Source: Acidobacteriota bacterium
Lineage (GTDB): Bacteria; Acidobacteriota; Vicinamibacteria; Vicinamibacterales; Vicinamibacteraceae
Direction of reading: 5' to 3'
Assembly (NCBI GenBank): GCA_020845575.1
Contig: JADLFL010000002.1
Coordinates: forward strand, 25,309-89,308
DNA: 64,000 nucleotides
How positions within the stretch are numbered: the stretch's first letter is position 1; each line of letters begins with the position of its first letter. This document shows, in pieces, positions 7,926 through 17,885 of this stretch. The translations under genes and the position numbers were made by a program. The notes below the pieces were generated by a model, which saw only the letters and a program-made list of their open reading frames with translations, was not told the DNA's origin and did not search any database.

Positions 7926-9374
7926 ATGCGTCTGTTCCCGATTTTCGCGACGGCCGCCTGTTGTCTGCTGGTCCTGGCGATGCCGGCATCCGCCGGCGCG
8001 CAGGCGCCGGTGCCGCCCGTGCCTTCCGTCGCGCAACTCCAGTGGCAGCGGATGGAGTTCACGGCGTTCGTCCACTTCGGCCCCAACGCCTTCACCGGCG
8101 TCGAGTGGGGCTCGGGGCGCGAGCAGCCCACCGTCTTCAACCCGACAGCGCTCGACGCCCGGCAGTGGGCGCGCACCTTCAAGGCCGCAGGCATGAAGGG
8201 CGTGATCGTGACGGCGAAGCATCACGACGGGTTCTGCCTGTGGCCCACGAAGGAGTCGACGCACACGGTGGCCGCGAGTCCGTGGCGCGACGGCAAGGGC
8301 GACCTGCTCCGCGAGTTGTCCGATGCGGCGCGCGCCGAAGGCCTGAAGTTCGGCGTGTACCTCTCGCCGTGGGATCGCAATCACCCGACATACGGCACGC
8401 CGGAATACAACGACGTCTTCGTGCGCATGCTCGAAGACGTGCTGTCCAACTACGGCGAGATCTTCGAGGTGTGGTTCGACGGCGCCAACGGTGAAGGTCC
8501 CAACGGCAAGCGTCAGGTGTACGATTGGCCGCGCTTCCACGCCGTGGTGCGGCGCCTGCAGCCGAACGCGGTGATCTTCAGCGACGCCGGACCCGACGTC
8601 CGGTGGATCGGCAACGAGCGCGGCGAAGCGCCGCTCACCAACTGGGCGATGCTCGATCGCGATCGCTATCAGCCAGGCACGCCGCTCAGCATGGACCTGC
8701 CAGAGGGGTCGGCGCTCGGGCGGTTCTACGTGCCGGGCGAGTGCGACGTGTCGATTCGCCCGGGCTGGTTCTGGCGCGCGGCGGAGAACACGCGCGTGAA
8801 GTCACCGCGCGCGTTGCTGCGGTTGTACGAGACGTCCGTCGGACGCAACTGCACGCTGCTCCTCAACGTGCCGCCAGACGATCGCGGTCTCATCCACGAC
8901 AACGACGTGAAGGCGCTCGCGGGCATGCGCGCGTTCGTCGATCGCGTGTACGGGTCGTCGCTGGTGCCATCGGGAGCCACGGCGGGGGCCTCGTCTGCGG
9001 AGCGAGGGCATGCGGCGTCGGCGGTGCTCGATGCCGATCTCGACTCGTTCTGGGCGCCGGCCGGATCGACCGAGACAGGTGCGGTGACGGTGGACCTCGG
9101 CACGCCCGTCACCTTCGATCGCGTGCGGCTGCAGGAGTACGTGGCGCAGGGACAGCGCGTCTCGCTGTTCGAGATCGAAGCCTGGCTGAACGGCGCCTGG
9201 ACGCGTATCGCCAACGGCACCACCATCGGCCACACCCGCATCGTCGCCACCGACGTCACGACGACGTCACGCGTGCGGGTGACGATCCATGACGCGCGCG
9301 GCGTACCGCTCATCGCGTCGCTGTCGCTTCACGATTCCACGAAAGCCGCGCCTGCCGCGGCGGAGGCTCACTGA
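7926..9374 (+). CDS. Secreted alpha-L-fucosidase (GH29) with C-terminal F5/8-type (CBM32-like) domain
   Basis: Signal peptide; FVHFG, TAKHHDGFCLW, YLSPWDR, EVWFDGA, ECDVSIRPGWF; C-terminal VDLGTPVTFDRVRLQE; start refined to ATG 7926. Confidence 0.92.
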   Translation: MRLFPIFATAACCLLVLAMPASAGAQAPVPPVPSVAQLQWQRMEFTAFVHFGPNAFTGVEWGSGREQPTVFNPTALDARQWARTFKAAGMKGVIVTAKHHDGFCLWPTKESTHTVAASPWRDGKGDLLRELSDAARAEGLKFGVYLSPWDRNHPTYGTPEYNDVFVRMLEDVLSNYGEIFEVWFDGANGEGPNGKRQVYDWPRFHAVVRRLQPNAVIFSDAGPDVRWIGNERGEAPLTNWAMLDRDRYQPGTPLSMDLPEGSALGRFYVPGECDVSIRPGWFWRAAENTRVKSPRALLRLYETSVGRNCTLLLNVPPDDRGLIHDNDVKALAGMRAFVDRVYGSSLVPSGATAGASSAERGHAASAVLDADLDSFWAPAGSTETGAVTVDLGTPVTFDRVRLQEYVAQGQRVSLFEIEAWLNGAWTRIANGTTIGHTRIVATDVTTTSRVRVTIHDARGVPLIASLSLHDSTKAAPAAAEAH

Positions 9375-9375
9375 C

Positions 9376-10524
9376 ATGAACAGACGGCAACTCCTCCAGT
9401 CCCTGACCGTGGCACCCGTCGCGGCATCGTTGACGCCGTTGACACACGCGTCGTCGACGACGAGCGCTGCCGCGCAGGCAGGTACAGGTACCGCCGACCG
9501 GGTGATCGTCATCTCGCTCGACGGCGTGCGCACGCAGGAGATGTTCGGCGGCATCGACGTGAGCATCCTGCAGCACGTGATCGGCGAGAAGGTGAAGGCG
9601 TCCGATCACGCGCTGTACAAGACGTTCTGGCGCGAGACACGCGAGGCGCGACGCGAAGCGCTGATGCCGTTCATCTGGGGCACGTGGCTGAAGTCGCACG
9701 CGTCGATCGTCGGCGATCGCGAAGCGGGCAGCGTGATGACGCTCGGCAACACGCAACGATTCAGTTACCCGGGCTACGCGGAGCTGATGACGGGCGCGCC
9801 GCACGACGACGTCATCACCAGCAACGACAACAGGCGGTATCCCTTCGAGACGGTGCTGCAGGTCCTGCGGCGGGAACTCGGCGCCACGCGCGAGCAGGTG
9901 GCGTGCTTCGGCTCGTGGGACGTGTTCAGGTCGATCGCCTCGTCTGTCGACGATGCCGTGTTCGTGAACGCCGGGTTCCAGGCGTACGACTCGCCGGATC
10001 CGCGGCTGCAGGCGCTGAGCGCGGCGCAGTTCGAGACCGTGCCCGGCTGGAACTCGGCGCGCTACGACCACTACACGTGGCAGTTCGCGCTCGATCACCT
10101 GAAGCGGCACCAGCCGCGCGTGTTGTGGATCGGGCTCGACGAATCCGACGACTGGTCGCACGGCCGGAACTACGTGCGGTTGATCGAGTACCTGCACCGC
10201 TTCGACGGCTGGCTGGCAAAGCTGTGGGAGCAGCTGCAGACGGACCCGACGTTCAAGGGGCGGACGGCGCTGATGCTGGTGACCGACCATGGTCGCGGCA
10301 ACACGACCGCCGACTGGAACAGCCACGGCAAGGACACCGAGGGCGCGCAGTACGTGTGGGCGGCGGTGTCTGCGCCGAACTGGGCGGCGCGCGGTGTGTG
10401 GGCGCCGGGACATCCGCCGGCATCGCAGAGTCAGGTCGCGGCGACGATAGCAGCGTTCATCGGGAAGAGCGCGCCCCGAGGGGCGGGCGCGCCACTGAGA
10501 CCGGTGTCAAAGGGGAAAGGGTAA
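9376..10524 (+). CDS. TAT-exported alkaline-phosphatase-superfamily metalloenzyme
   Basis: MNRRQLL twin-arginine signal; ISLDGVRTQE, FSYPGYAELMTG, GLDESDDWSH, VTDHGRG. Confidence 0.8.
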   Translation: MNRRQLLQSLTVAPVAASLTPLTHASSTTSAAAQAGTGTADRVIVISLDGVRTQEMFGGIDVSILQHVIGEKVKASDHALYKTFWRETREARREALMPFIWGTWLKSHASIVGDREAGSVMTLGNTQRFSYPGYAELMTGAPHDDVITSNDNRRYPFETVLQVLRRELGATREQVACFGSWDVFRSIASSVDDAVFVNAGFQAYDSPDPRLQALSAAQFETVPGWNSARYDHYTWQFALDHLKRHQPRVLWIGLDESDDWSHGRNYVRLIEYLHRFDGWLAKLWEQLQTDPTFKGRTALMLVTDHGRGNTTADWNSHGKDTEGAQYVWAAVSAPNWAARGVWAPGHPPASQSQVAATIAAFIGKSAPRGAGAPLRPVSKGKG

Positions 10525-10602
10525 GGGGTAACGGACAAGGGCAGTACCAAAGGGGGAAGGGGAAAGGATCAAAGGGACGGAAAGGGGGAAGGGGAAAGGG
10601 TG
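10508..10602 (+). repeat. Purine-rich degenerate heptamer repeat tract (AAGGGGA/GACAAGG-like)
   Basis: Between convergent genes; shares the exact 22-mer AAGGGGTAACGGACAAGGGCAG (10523-10544) with the reverse complement of 63655-63676. Confidence 0.7.
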
Positions 10603-10616
10603 CAGGCCGATCAGCT

Positions 10617-13298
10617 CTATGGGGGCGTGGCGAGTTCCAGGCGCTGGCGTTTCAGGTAGAGGCCCTTGCGCGTGATGCCGAGGGCTGCGGCGACGGCGAC
10701 CTGGTTGTTGCCGTTGCGTTCCATCGCGCGAGTGATCGCTGCGCGTTCGATGTCGTCGTGAATCTGCTGTAGCGGACGATCGAGCCAGACGCTGCAGTAC
10801 GAACGGTCACCGTGCGTCGGCGGCAGCGTCGGCGTCGACGTGCGGACGTTGGGTGCGAGGTGCGTCACGTCCACCAGTTCATCGTCTTCGCTGAGGGCGA
10901 CGACGCGCTTCAGTTCGTTGGTGAGCTGCCGCACGTTGCCCGGCCATTCGTAAGCAGACAGGCACTCGAGTGCCTTGGGCGTGAGCTGGGGGATCGGCTT
11001 CCCCGCCTGTTTTGCATGCATCGTCAGGAAGTGGTTGACGAGCGTGGGGATCTCCTCGCGCCGCTCGCGGAGCGGCGGGATGGTGAGCGAGACGACGTTG
11101 AGGCGGTAGAAGAGGTCCTCGCGGAAACGACCGGCGCGAACGAGCTCCTCGAGGCGCGCGTTGGTGGCCGCCACGATGCGGACGTCGACGTGCTGGGGCC
11201 GTTCGCCGAGCGGCTGGATCTCGCCACTTTCGAGGAAGCGCAGCAGCTTGGGCTGCAGGTCGGCGTCGAGCTCGCCGATCTCGTCGATGAACAGCGTGCC
11301 GCCCTCGGCCTCGCGGATCAGCCCCTTGTTGTCGGCGACGGCGCCAGTGAACGCGCCCCGCCGGTAGCCAAAGAGCTGCCCCTCCAGCATGTCGCGCGGC
11401 ACGGCCGACACGTTGAACGCGATGAACCGCCGCTGCGACCGCTTCGAAAGCTCATGAACCTCCTGCGCGACGATCTCCTTCCCCGTCCCCGTCTCACCTG
11501 CGATGAGCACGGGCAGATCAGTTGGAGCGACGCGCTTGATCGTTGAAAGTAGTTTCCTCATCTCTGTCGAGATGTAGAGACCCACCTTGCCCTCTGGAGC
11601 GACATCAAGCTCCCAGGAAAGCACACGCTTCTTGGACTCCTGCCCAGATCGCAGGGCCGCGATCGCTGTTCCGATCATGCCGAAGACTTGTGCAATAGTT
11701 TCGCGCGAGGTGGGATCGAGCTTGGGCTGCAGCTCTAACGTGACGGTCTCGTCTCCGACGGCGCCAAACGCAATTGCATAAGGAGAATCCGGCGACAGTG
11801 TTCGCGACTGGATTACGCGTCCGTCAACGATCACCTTCATTCTTCGAAGCAAGTGGATGGTCTCAGATGCGGCGAGCGCTGGCTGCGGAAGAAGCGCGCA
11901 CACGTATGCCAATGATTCGGCGAGTTCGAAATGCAGTCTGTGCCTTCTGGTAGATGGCAGCCCCAACGGCGGCCAGTGGTTGGCGGGCACGGAAGCCCTG
12001 ATTCTCGCTGTCTGCTTTGCGCTACATCGATCGCCGGACGCGAGGAAAATCCGAATAGCCCTTCCGTGCTCACTGTACCAGCGCTTTCGATCCCCTCGAT
12101 CAGCCGCCAATACCGCACGTACGCGAGCCAGCAGACCGACAATTTCGGCACTGGGGTGTTGCAGGCGCTCAACGACATCCACAACGTCGAGGTCGGCGCG
12201 TGCGCTGTTTCCTGTCGCACAAAGCACTTCCGCACAAAGCAGCCTGAGTTTGGCCCAGTTTGCTAGATCACCGCGGTCATCTGCTGCCTGTTGTGCGGCA
12301 GTCAGCAGCTCAATCGCACCCTGCATGTTTCCGGATGCAACGGCAAATCTGCTACGAACCGAGGCCGAGTCAACCAGAAGGATGGTAGTCCCGCTGAGCT
12401 CAGAGACAATCGCGTCGATCTCTCGGACGTGTGGCTCTGCCTCCTGGATACCTCCCGTCTCCAGCGCGACGTTGGCGAGCGTATCAAGGAGCGCTCCACG
12501 CGCTAGCGATACTCTCGGAACAGCATCTAGTGCAGTCGAAGCCAGTGTTCTAGCTTTGTCGAAGTGGCCGCGACGACACTCAAGAAACGCTAGATTGGCT
12601 TGTGCAGCAGCTTGAAGAGATTGAAGCCCATGTACTGAAGCCGTCTCATAAGCGGTGCGAGCCCAACGAGCGGCGTCTACGTTCCGCGCGAGCAGATACT
12701 CTGCACCAGAAAGCGCTAAGCAAACGAACGTCTCGATGGCGCCGTTTGGCTCTGGTTCCAGCAGGGCCAGTGCGGAGAGCAGTTCAGGAACAGCGACGCC
12801 CGGAAGGCTTCGCTGCGCATGAGCCTGCCCAACGCGAGCATGCAGCGACGCCATCAGTTGGCGGTCTCCGCACTTCAGTACGGCGCGTTTGGCTGTTTCG
12901 AAGGCCTGCTGGCTCTCAGCGAGTCCGCGGTGGCTCGTTAGCAGTGTAAAACGCGAGAGCGCCGCGAGAGCAACCTGCTCGTGCTCCTGTGCAGCCTCTC
13001 CTTCCACCAGCACTCGCCCCAGCGTATCGAGTGCGTCTGCTACGCGACCAGATGAGCCGAACAGTTCACCCTTGACGCGCAGAGCAAACACTCGCAACGC
13101 TGCGTCAGGCGAGTCAACGGCATAGGTCCCGAGCTGTGCAGAAGCGGCTGACACAGCGCCAGCCTGTCGCAACAACTCAGCCTCGATGACGTCGCGTGTC
13201 GCATCAGGAAGAGATGCGGCATGCAACATGCGTCGACTACTAGAGGCGTTACCAGAACGGAGGGCACGCCGGAGGGCGGCTGGCAGGTTCAGGGGCAT
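10617..13298 (-). CDS. Sigma54-dependent enhancer-binding protein with a large TPR-like helical N-terminal sensor
   Basis: GETGTGKE (Walker A), [20 protein letters not shown] (Walker B), [20 protein letters not shown]-terminal Fis-type HTH; no REC domain; helical repeats such as [28 protein letters not shown]. Alternative start ATG 13229. Confidence 0.9.
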   Translation of the reverse strand: MPLNLPAALRRALRSGNASSSRRMLHAASLPDATRDVIEAELLRQAGAVSAASAQLGTYAVDSPDAALRVFALRVKGELFGSSGRVADALDTLGRVLVEGEAAQEHEQVALAALSRFTLLTSHRGLAESQQAFETAKRAVLKCGDRQLMASLHARVGQAHAQRSLPGVAVPELLSALALLEPEPNGAIETFVCLALSGAEYLLARNVDAARWARTAYETASVHGLQSLQAAAQANLAFLECRRGHFDKARTLASTALDAVPRVSLARGALLDTLANVALETGGIQEAEPHVREIDAIVSELSGTTILLVDSASVRSRFAVASGNMQGAIELLTAAQQAADDRGDLANWAKLRLLCAEVLCATGNSARADLDVVDVVERLQHPSAEIVGLLARVRAVLAADRGDRKRWYSEHGRAIRIFLASGDRCSAKQTARIRASVPANHWPPLGLPSTRRHRLHFELAESLAYVCALLPQPALAASETIHLLRRMKVIVDGRVIQSRTLSPDSPYAIAFGAVGDETVTLELQPKLDPTSRETIAQVFGMIGTAIAALRSGQESKKRVLSWELDVAPEGKVGLYISTEMRKLLSTIKRVAPTDLPVLIAGETGTGKEIVAQEVHELSKRSQRRFIAFNVSAVPRDMLEGQLFGYRRGAFTGAVADNKGLIREAEGGTLFIDEIGELDADLQPKLLRFLESGEIQPLGERPQHVDVRIVAATNARLEELVRAGRFREDLFYRLNVVSLTIPPLRERREEIPTLVNHFLTMHAKQAGKPIPQLTPKALECLSAYEWPGNVRQLTNELKRVVALSEDDELVDVTHLAPNVRTSTPTLPPTHGDRSYCSVWLDRPLQQIHDDIERAAITRAMERNGNNQVAVAAALGITRKGLYLKRQRLELATPP

Positions 13299-13303
13299 TC
13301 GGT

Positions 13304-13330
13304 GAAGTGCCGCAGAGTGTACAGCACTTC
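13304..13330. promoter_or_regulatory. Inverted repeat between the protease and the activator gene (hairpin or operator)
   Basis: GAAGTGC-13 nt-GCACTTC. Confidence 0.35.
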
Positions 13331-13361
13331 CTCGACCGCCCCTGATTCGACATTTATGATC

Positions 13362-14999
13362 TCAGTCGCCCCACACCAAGGTATCGCCCCACACGAGCGT
13401 GTCACCCCATACCAGGGTGTCGCCCCACACGAGCGTGTCACCCCACACCAAGGTATCCCCCCACACGAGCGTGTCACCCCACACCAAGGTATCGCCCCAG
13501 ACGAGCGTGTCGCCCCACACCAAGGTGTCCCCCCACACGAGCGTGTCACCCCATACCAGGGTGTCGCCCCACACGAGCGTGTTCGCGCCGGCTTTCGCGG
13601 CGAAGGTCAGACCACTGCGCTCGATTGTCTCGCCGGCGATGTTTGTCGTTGGCAAATTCTGCAACCCGCGTCGGGAAGCCGACACAGCAGAGACGACGTT
13701 GATAGCGCCGGCGCCGGCGGCGGCGACGCCGGATTCGGCGACGCGCTGCGAGGTGAGCTGGAGCACTGCCTTCACCTGGTGCGGCTTGAGCGACGGGTTG
13801 GCCTGGAGCACCAGCGCCGCGGCACCTGACACCATCGCCGCCGCCATGCTCGTGCCCGACAACCGCAGGTAGAAGCGCTGGCCGGACCCGGTCGAAACCG
13901 CGCCGTCCTTCTGCGCGAGCGTGCTCTGCGCGGCACCCGCCGACACTATGCGGCGGCCCGGCGCCGCGAGGTCGGGCTTCATGAACCCGTCGATCGCCGT
14001 GAGGCCACGCGAACTCCAGTCGGTCACGCGGTCGTCACTGCGCGCCACGGTGCCCATCGTGTCGATCGCGCCCACGGTGATCGCCGACGGCGCGTTGCCC
14101 GGCGAGGTGATGCTGTCGCGCACGCGTGTGCCATCGGGCAGCGTGCCGAGGTTGCCCGCCGACGCCACCACCACGAGCCCCGCGCGACTCGCACGCTCCA
14201 CCGCCTGCACGAGCGGATCGTCGGCCCAGCTCTCCAGCACCGGCTTGCCGAGCGACAGGTTGACCACGCGCAGCTTGTACGCGCGACGGTTCGCGATGGC
14301 CCAGTCGATCGCCGCGATCACGTCGCTCGTCGTGCCGTGTCCCTTCGCGTCGAGCACACGCAGGTTCACCACGTGCGCGCCTGGCGCCACACCGCTGAAG
14401 CGACCCGCACGCGTCGTCACGTTACCCGCCGCGATGCCCGCCACGTGCGTACCGTGGCCGTAGCCGTCGTTCCCGCGCTCACGCACGGAGACGAAATCCA
14501 CGGCCGCCACTACGCGGCCGCGCAGCGATTCGTGCGTCGACGCAATCCCCGAATCGATGATCGCGATGCCAATGCCCGTCCCGTCCACACCCGGCAGGCC
14601 GAAGGCCCCGCGCCACGCCTGGTCGGCACCGAGCGCCTGCACCTCGGTCGCCATGTGCGCTGCCACCGGCGCGTCCTCGGCCACCGCTGGCACGCCCGGG
14701 TCGCTCGCCAGGCGCGACAGGCCGGCCCTGTCCACTCTCAGGACGGCCCCCGTCTCCAGCACCTTCTCGACCACCAGACCATGCCGCGCCGCAAGGTCGC
14801 GGATCTGCGCCGGCGTCCCGGAGACGATCACCCCGCGTGCGGCACCGGCACCCACCTTGTCCACCAGCCCCCTCGACAGGCGCGCGCGATGGCCCTGAGC
14901 ATGCAGAGGCGACGACAGCACCAGCATCAGAAAGGCGATGGACACCCAGACGACGGTGCGCTGGATGGGCGAAGGGAGGGTCGAACGGAGGGAGAACAT
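13362..14999 (-). CDS. Secreted S8 (subtilisin, AprX-like) serine peptidase with a C-terminal (TLVWGD)12 tail
   Basis: Signal peptide ending SSPLHA, prodomain, intact triad IAIIDSG / GHGTHVAG / SGTSMAA, oxyanion SAGN; start refined to ATG 14999. Confidence 0.93.
   Translation of the reverse strand: MFSLRSTLPSPIQRTVVWVSIAFLMLVLSSPLHAQGHRARLSRGLVDKVGAGAARGVIVSGTPAQIRDLAARHGLVVEKVLETGAVLRVDRAGLSRLASDPGVPAVAEDAPVAAHMATEVQALGADQAWRGAFGLPGVDGTGIGIAIIDSGIASTHESLRGRVVAAVDFVSVRERGNDGYGHGTHVAGIAAGNVTTRAGRFSGVAPGAHVVNLRVLDAKGHGTTSDVIAAIDWAIANRRAYKLRVVNLSLGKPVLESWADDPLVQAVERASRAGLVVVASAGNLGTLPDGTRVRDSITSPGNAPSAITVGAIDTMGTVARSDDRVTDWSSRGLTAIDGFMKPDLAAPGRRIVSAGAAQSTLAQKDGAVSTGSGQRFYLRLSGTSMAAAMVSGAAALVLQANPSLKPHQVKAVLQLTSQRVAESGVAAAGAGAINVVSAVSASRRGLQNLPTTNIAGETIERSGLTFAAKAGANTLVWGDTLVWGDTLVWGDTLVWGDTLVWGDTLVWGDTLVWGDTLVWGDTLVWGDTLVWGDTLVWGDTLVWGD
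13365..13580 (-). repeat. 12 x 18-nt coding tandem repeat (TLVWGD)
   Basis: 12 units counted in the DNA; all unit differences are synonymous; ends directly at the TGA stop. Confidence 0.97.
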
Positions 15000-15082
15000 C
15001 GTGCAGGCTCCAGGTACAAGGGGAACGCGTTTCGGAGCTCGCCAAAATTGCCATGTGACGATGCGCCGACGTCTGGAGCAAT

Positions 15083-15097
15083 ACATGCGTCGTGCCA
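15083..15097 (-). promoter_or_regulatory. Candidate sigma54 (-24/-12) promoter for the S8 protease
   Basis: Minus strand TGGCACGACGCATGT: exact TGGCACG -24 box with correct spacing, but -12 box is ATGT instead of TTGC. Confidence 0.4.
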
Positions 15098-15263
15098 TGT
15101 GTGCAGAAATTGCGATCTCGGACACGAGATGCATGAGACGAATGCACCCCTGAAGCGGCGGACTCGTTGTGCCGACACAGGATCAGGGCCCGTCTCGACA
15201 ATTGGAAGTCAACCTCATCATTTGCTTGGAATCACTGTCGAGGCAGATTTTCCGCCCGTTGAT

Positions 15264-15281
15264 CGGCCAAGATCTTGGCCG
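15264..15281. promoter_or_regulatory. Perfect 18-bp palindrome in the divergent protease/ABC intergenic region
   Basis: CGGCCAAGATCTTGGCCG; a second dyad ATCTCG-GACA-CGAGAT lies at 15115-15130. Confidence 0.55.
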
Positions 15282-15307
15282 GTGTAGCCAAGGAGTTGCC
15301 CTCTCCC

Positions 15308-17002
15308 ATGAAGCGTCTTGCCGGCGTCCTCCTGCTTCTCGCCCTCATCGTCGCCGGCCTCGTGTGGCTGCGTACCGCTCCCGCGCGGCAGGCCGACACG
15401 ACGTTCGAACTCGTGGCCACACTCCGCGCCGAACCGCGTACGCTCAACAGGCTGCTCGCCGCCGACCGCGCCGCCCTCGTCGTCAGCCAACTCATCCACG
15501 AGCCGCTGGTCCGCGTGAATCACACGACGCAGGATCTGGAACCCGCCCTGGCCTCGGCATGGACCCTGTCCGACGATGGCCGGCGATTCACGGTGACGCT
15601 GCGACCAGATGCGCACTTCTCCGACGGCTCGCCCGTCACGGCAGGCGATGTGGTGTTCTCGGTGGAGACCGCTGCCGACACGCGCATCGGCAGCGTCGTG
15701 GCCGACAACCTCCTCGTGGATGGTGCTCCTGTGGTGGTGCGGGCGATCGACGCGCACACCGTCGCGATCGAGTACCCCACGCCGTTCGGGCCGGGACTCC
15801 GCCCCCTTCACGGCGTACCGATCCTGCCGCGCGCGCGCTATGAGGGGTTGGTCAGCGACGGCTCTCTCTCGAACGCGTGGACGGCAGACGCCCCGCCGGC
15901 GGGGATGGTGAGCGCCGGGCCGTTCGTCCTCGAACGCCACGAGCCAGGCGTGGCCCTCCACCTCGCACGCAATCCGCACTACTGGCGTCGCGCCGGCGAT
16001 GGCGCGCGGCTGCCGCGCGCCGCACGTCTCCGCTTCGACATCGTCCCGTCGCAGGATGCGGAGATGCTGCGTCTGCGCGACGGCCAGGCGGATGTCGTCA
16101 CCGCCGAGTTGCGCCCCGACGATCTGCCTGAAGCACGCGCGCTCGCCGCACAGGGCCGGCTGCAACTCTTCGAGCTCGGCCCTTCGCTCGACACCGACAT
16201 GCTCTGGTTCAACCTCGGGCCGCACGCACCTGGTGGCGAGAAGCGCGCGTGGCTGAAGGCCCGGGCGCTGCGAGAGGCGATTTCGCATGCCGTCGATCGC
16301 ACGGCGTTCATCAACGCGGTCTACAGGGGCGCAGCGGTGCAGGTGTCGAGCATGATCACGCCCGGCAATCGCGCCTGGCACGCAGATACGCTCGCGCCGC
16401 GACCGTATTCGCTCGACATGGCGGCCACGCTGCTGGACTCGATCGGCGTCCGCGATCGCAACGGCGACGGCATGCGCGAAGACGTCTACAACGCACCGGC
16501 GCGCTTCACGCTGCTCGTGCAGCAGGGCCACACGATTCGCCAGCGTGCTGCACTGGTCCTCCAGGAGTCGCTCTCGAAGGTCGGCCTGCAGGTGGAGATC
16601 GCCAGCCTCGACGCACGCGGATTGCAGGAGCGCCTGCGGCAGGGTACGTACGAGGCGATGTACCACGGCCTGCCCGGATCGGACACGGACCCGTCGGGCC
16701 TGATGGAGTTCTGGCTGTCGTCGGGCGCGTTCCATCTCTGGAATCCCGGACAAGCCACTCCGGCCACGCCGTGGGAGGCCGAGATCGATCGCCTGATGAC
16801 GAGTCAGCTTTCAATTACCGATGTGAACGAGCGCCGTGCACTGGTCCTGCAGGCGCAGCAGGTGCTCGACACGGAGCTGCCGGTAATAGTGTTCGCCGCG
16901 CCGAACGTGACGGTGGCCACGAGCGGACGACTGGAGCACGTGTCGCCAGGGCTGCTGTCGCCGACCGTGCTCTGGAACGCCGCCGCGATCGGCGTGCGGT
17001 GA
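15308..17002 (+). CDS. ABC transporter substrate-binding protein, family 5 (oligopeptide/dipeptide/nickel)
   Basis: EPRTLNRL, LIHEPLV, LRPDAHFSDGSPVTAGDVVFS, SAGPFVL, LARNPHYW, LREAISHAVDR; start refined to ATG 15308. Confidence 0.9.
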   Translation: MKRLAGVLLLLALIVAGLVWLRTAPARQADTTFELVATLRAEPRTLNRLLAADRAALVVSQLIHEPLVRVNHTTQDLEPALASAWTLSDDGRRFTVTLRPDAHFSDGSPVTAGDVVFSVETAADTRIGSVVADNLLVDGAPVVVRAIDAHTVAIEYPTPFGPGLRPLHGVPILPRARYEGLVSDGSLSNAWTADAPPAGMVSAGPFVLERHEPGVALHLARNPHYWRRAGDGARLPRAARLRFDIVPSQDAEMLRLRDGQADVVTAELRPDDLPEARALAAQGRLQLFELGPSLDTDMLWFNLGPHAPGGEKRAWLKARALREAISHAVDRTAFINAVYRGAAVQVSSMITPGNRAWHADTLAPRPYSLDMAATLLDSIGVRDRNGDGMREDVYNAPARFTLLVQQGHTIRQRAALVLQESLSKVGLQVEIASLDARGLQERLRQGTYEAMYHGLPGSDTDPSGLMEFWLSSGAFHLWNPGQATPATPWEAEIDRLMTSQLSITDVNERRALVLQAQQVLDTELPVIVFAAPNVTVATSGRLEHVSPGLLSPTVLWNAAAIGVR

Positions 17003-17006
17003 CCTG

Positions 17007-17885
17007 ATGCGCCGCGCGATCGCCGGACGACTCGCCTTCGCGCTCGCGCTCGTGGCGCTCGCGTTCGTGGGTGCGTTCGTGCTCACGGCGCTGGCGCCAG
17101 GCGATGCGATCGACGTCGGGCTGCGATCGACGCAATCTGTCGATGCCGAGCGCGTCCGCCTCGGACTCGACAGGCCCGTCCTCACGCGACTCGCGACGCG
17201 GATCGCGCGGCTGGCTGTGCTCGACTTCGGCCGATCCATCCGCTACGACCAGCCCGTGCTCACGCTCGTCCTCCAGCGGACCGCCACGACGATGCAGACG
17301 GGGGCGGTGGCGCTGGTGCTGGCACTCGTGATCGGGATTCCCGCGGGTGTGGCCAGCAGTCGCGCACGACGGCCCGCCGTGCGTCGTGCGATCGCGGCGA
17401 TCTCGATCGCGCTGCTCTCCATCCCTGCGCTCGTCGTCGCGCTCGTGCTCGCCGTCGTGGCGTCGAGCATCGGACTCACGTCGTGGATGGTGATGACGAT
17501 CGCGCTGGCGCTGCCGGCGGCGGCACTCATCGAACGCCTGCAGTCGCGCGCGATGGATGCCGTGCAGGTCGAGACATGCCTGCGCGCCGCACGCGCACGC
17601 GGCGTGCGGGAAGCGGCCATCACGTGGCGGCACGCGTGGCCGCTGTCGCTGTCTGCCGTGCTCGGCGTGACGGGCATCATCGCCGGACACCTGTTGAGTG
17701 GAGCGCTCGCGATCGAGCTGGTCACGGCCAGAAGCGGACTCGGCCTGCTGACGTACGAAGCGCTGATGGCGCGCGATGTGGAGCTCGCGGCCGGTTGCGC
17801 CGCGGCCGCTGCGCTCATCGTCGGACTCGCGACGCTCGCGGCCGACGTCGTGCAGCTCTGGGTCGACCCGCGGAGCGCCGCGTGA
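17007..17885 (+). CDS. ABC peptide transporter permease, DppB/OppB-like
   Basis: LAPGDA, RLGLDRP, DFGRSIRY, EAA-like loop ARARGV. Confidence 0.85.
   Translation: MRRAIAGRLAFALALVALAFVGAFVLTALAPGDAIDVGLRSTQSVDAERVRLGLDRPVLTRLATRIARLAVLDFGRSIRYDQPVLTLVLQRTATTMQTGAVALVLALVIGIPAGVASSRARRPAVRRAIAAISIALLSIPALVVALVLAVVASSIGLTSWMVMTIALALPAAALIERLQSRAMDAVQVETCLRAARARGVREAAITWRHAWPLSLSAVLGVTGIIAGHLLSGALAIELVTARSGLGLLTYEALMARDVELAAGCAAAAALIVGLATLAADVVQLWVDPRSAA

Noticed and set aside
13365-13580. 18-nt repeat array as a CRISPR array
   Set aside because: Units are contiguous with no unique spacers, vary only synonymously, lie in-frame in the protease, and no cas genes are present
13221-13872. Plus-strand ORFs with PHQG/SPHT repeats
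   Set aside because: Antisense shadows of the TLVWGD repeat
15038-15053. Second sigma54-like site (minus strand TGGCAATTTTGGC)
   Set aside because: GG-to-GC spacing is 8 nt rather than the required 10
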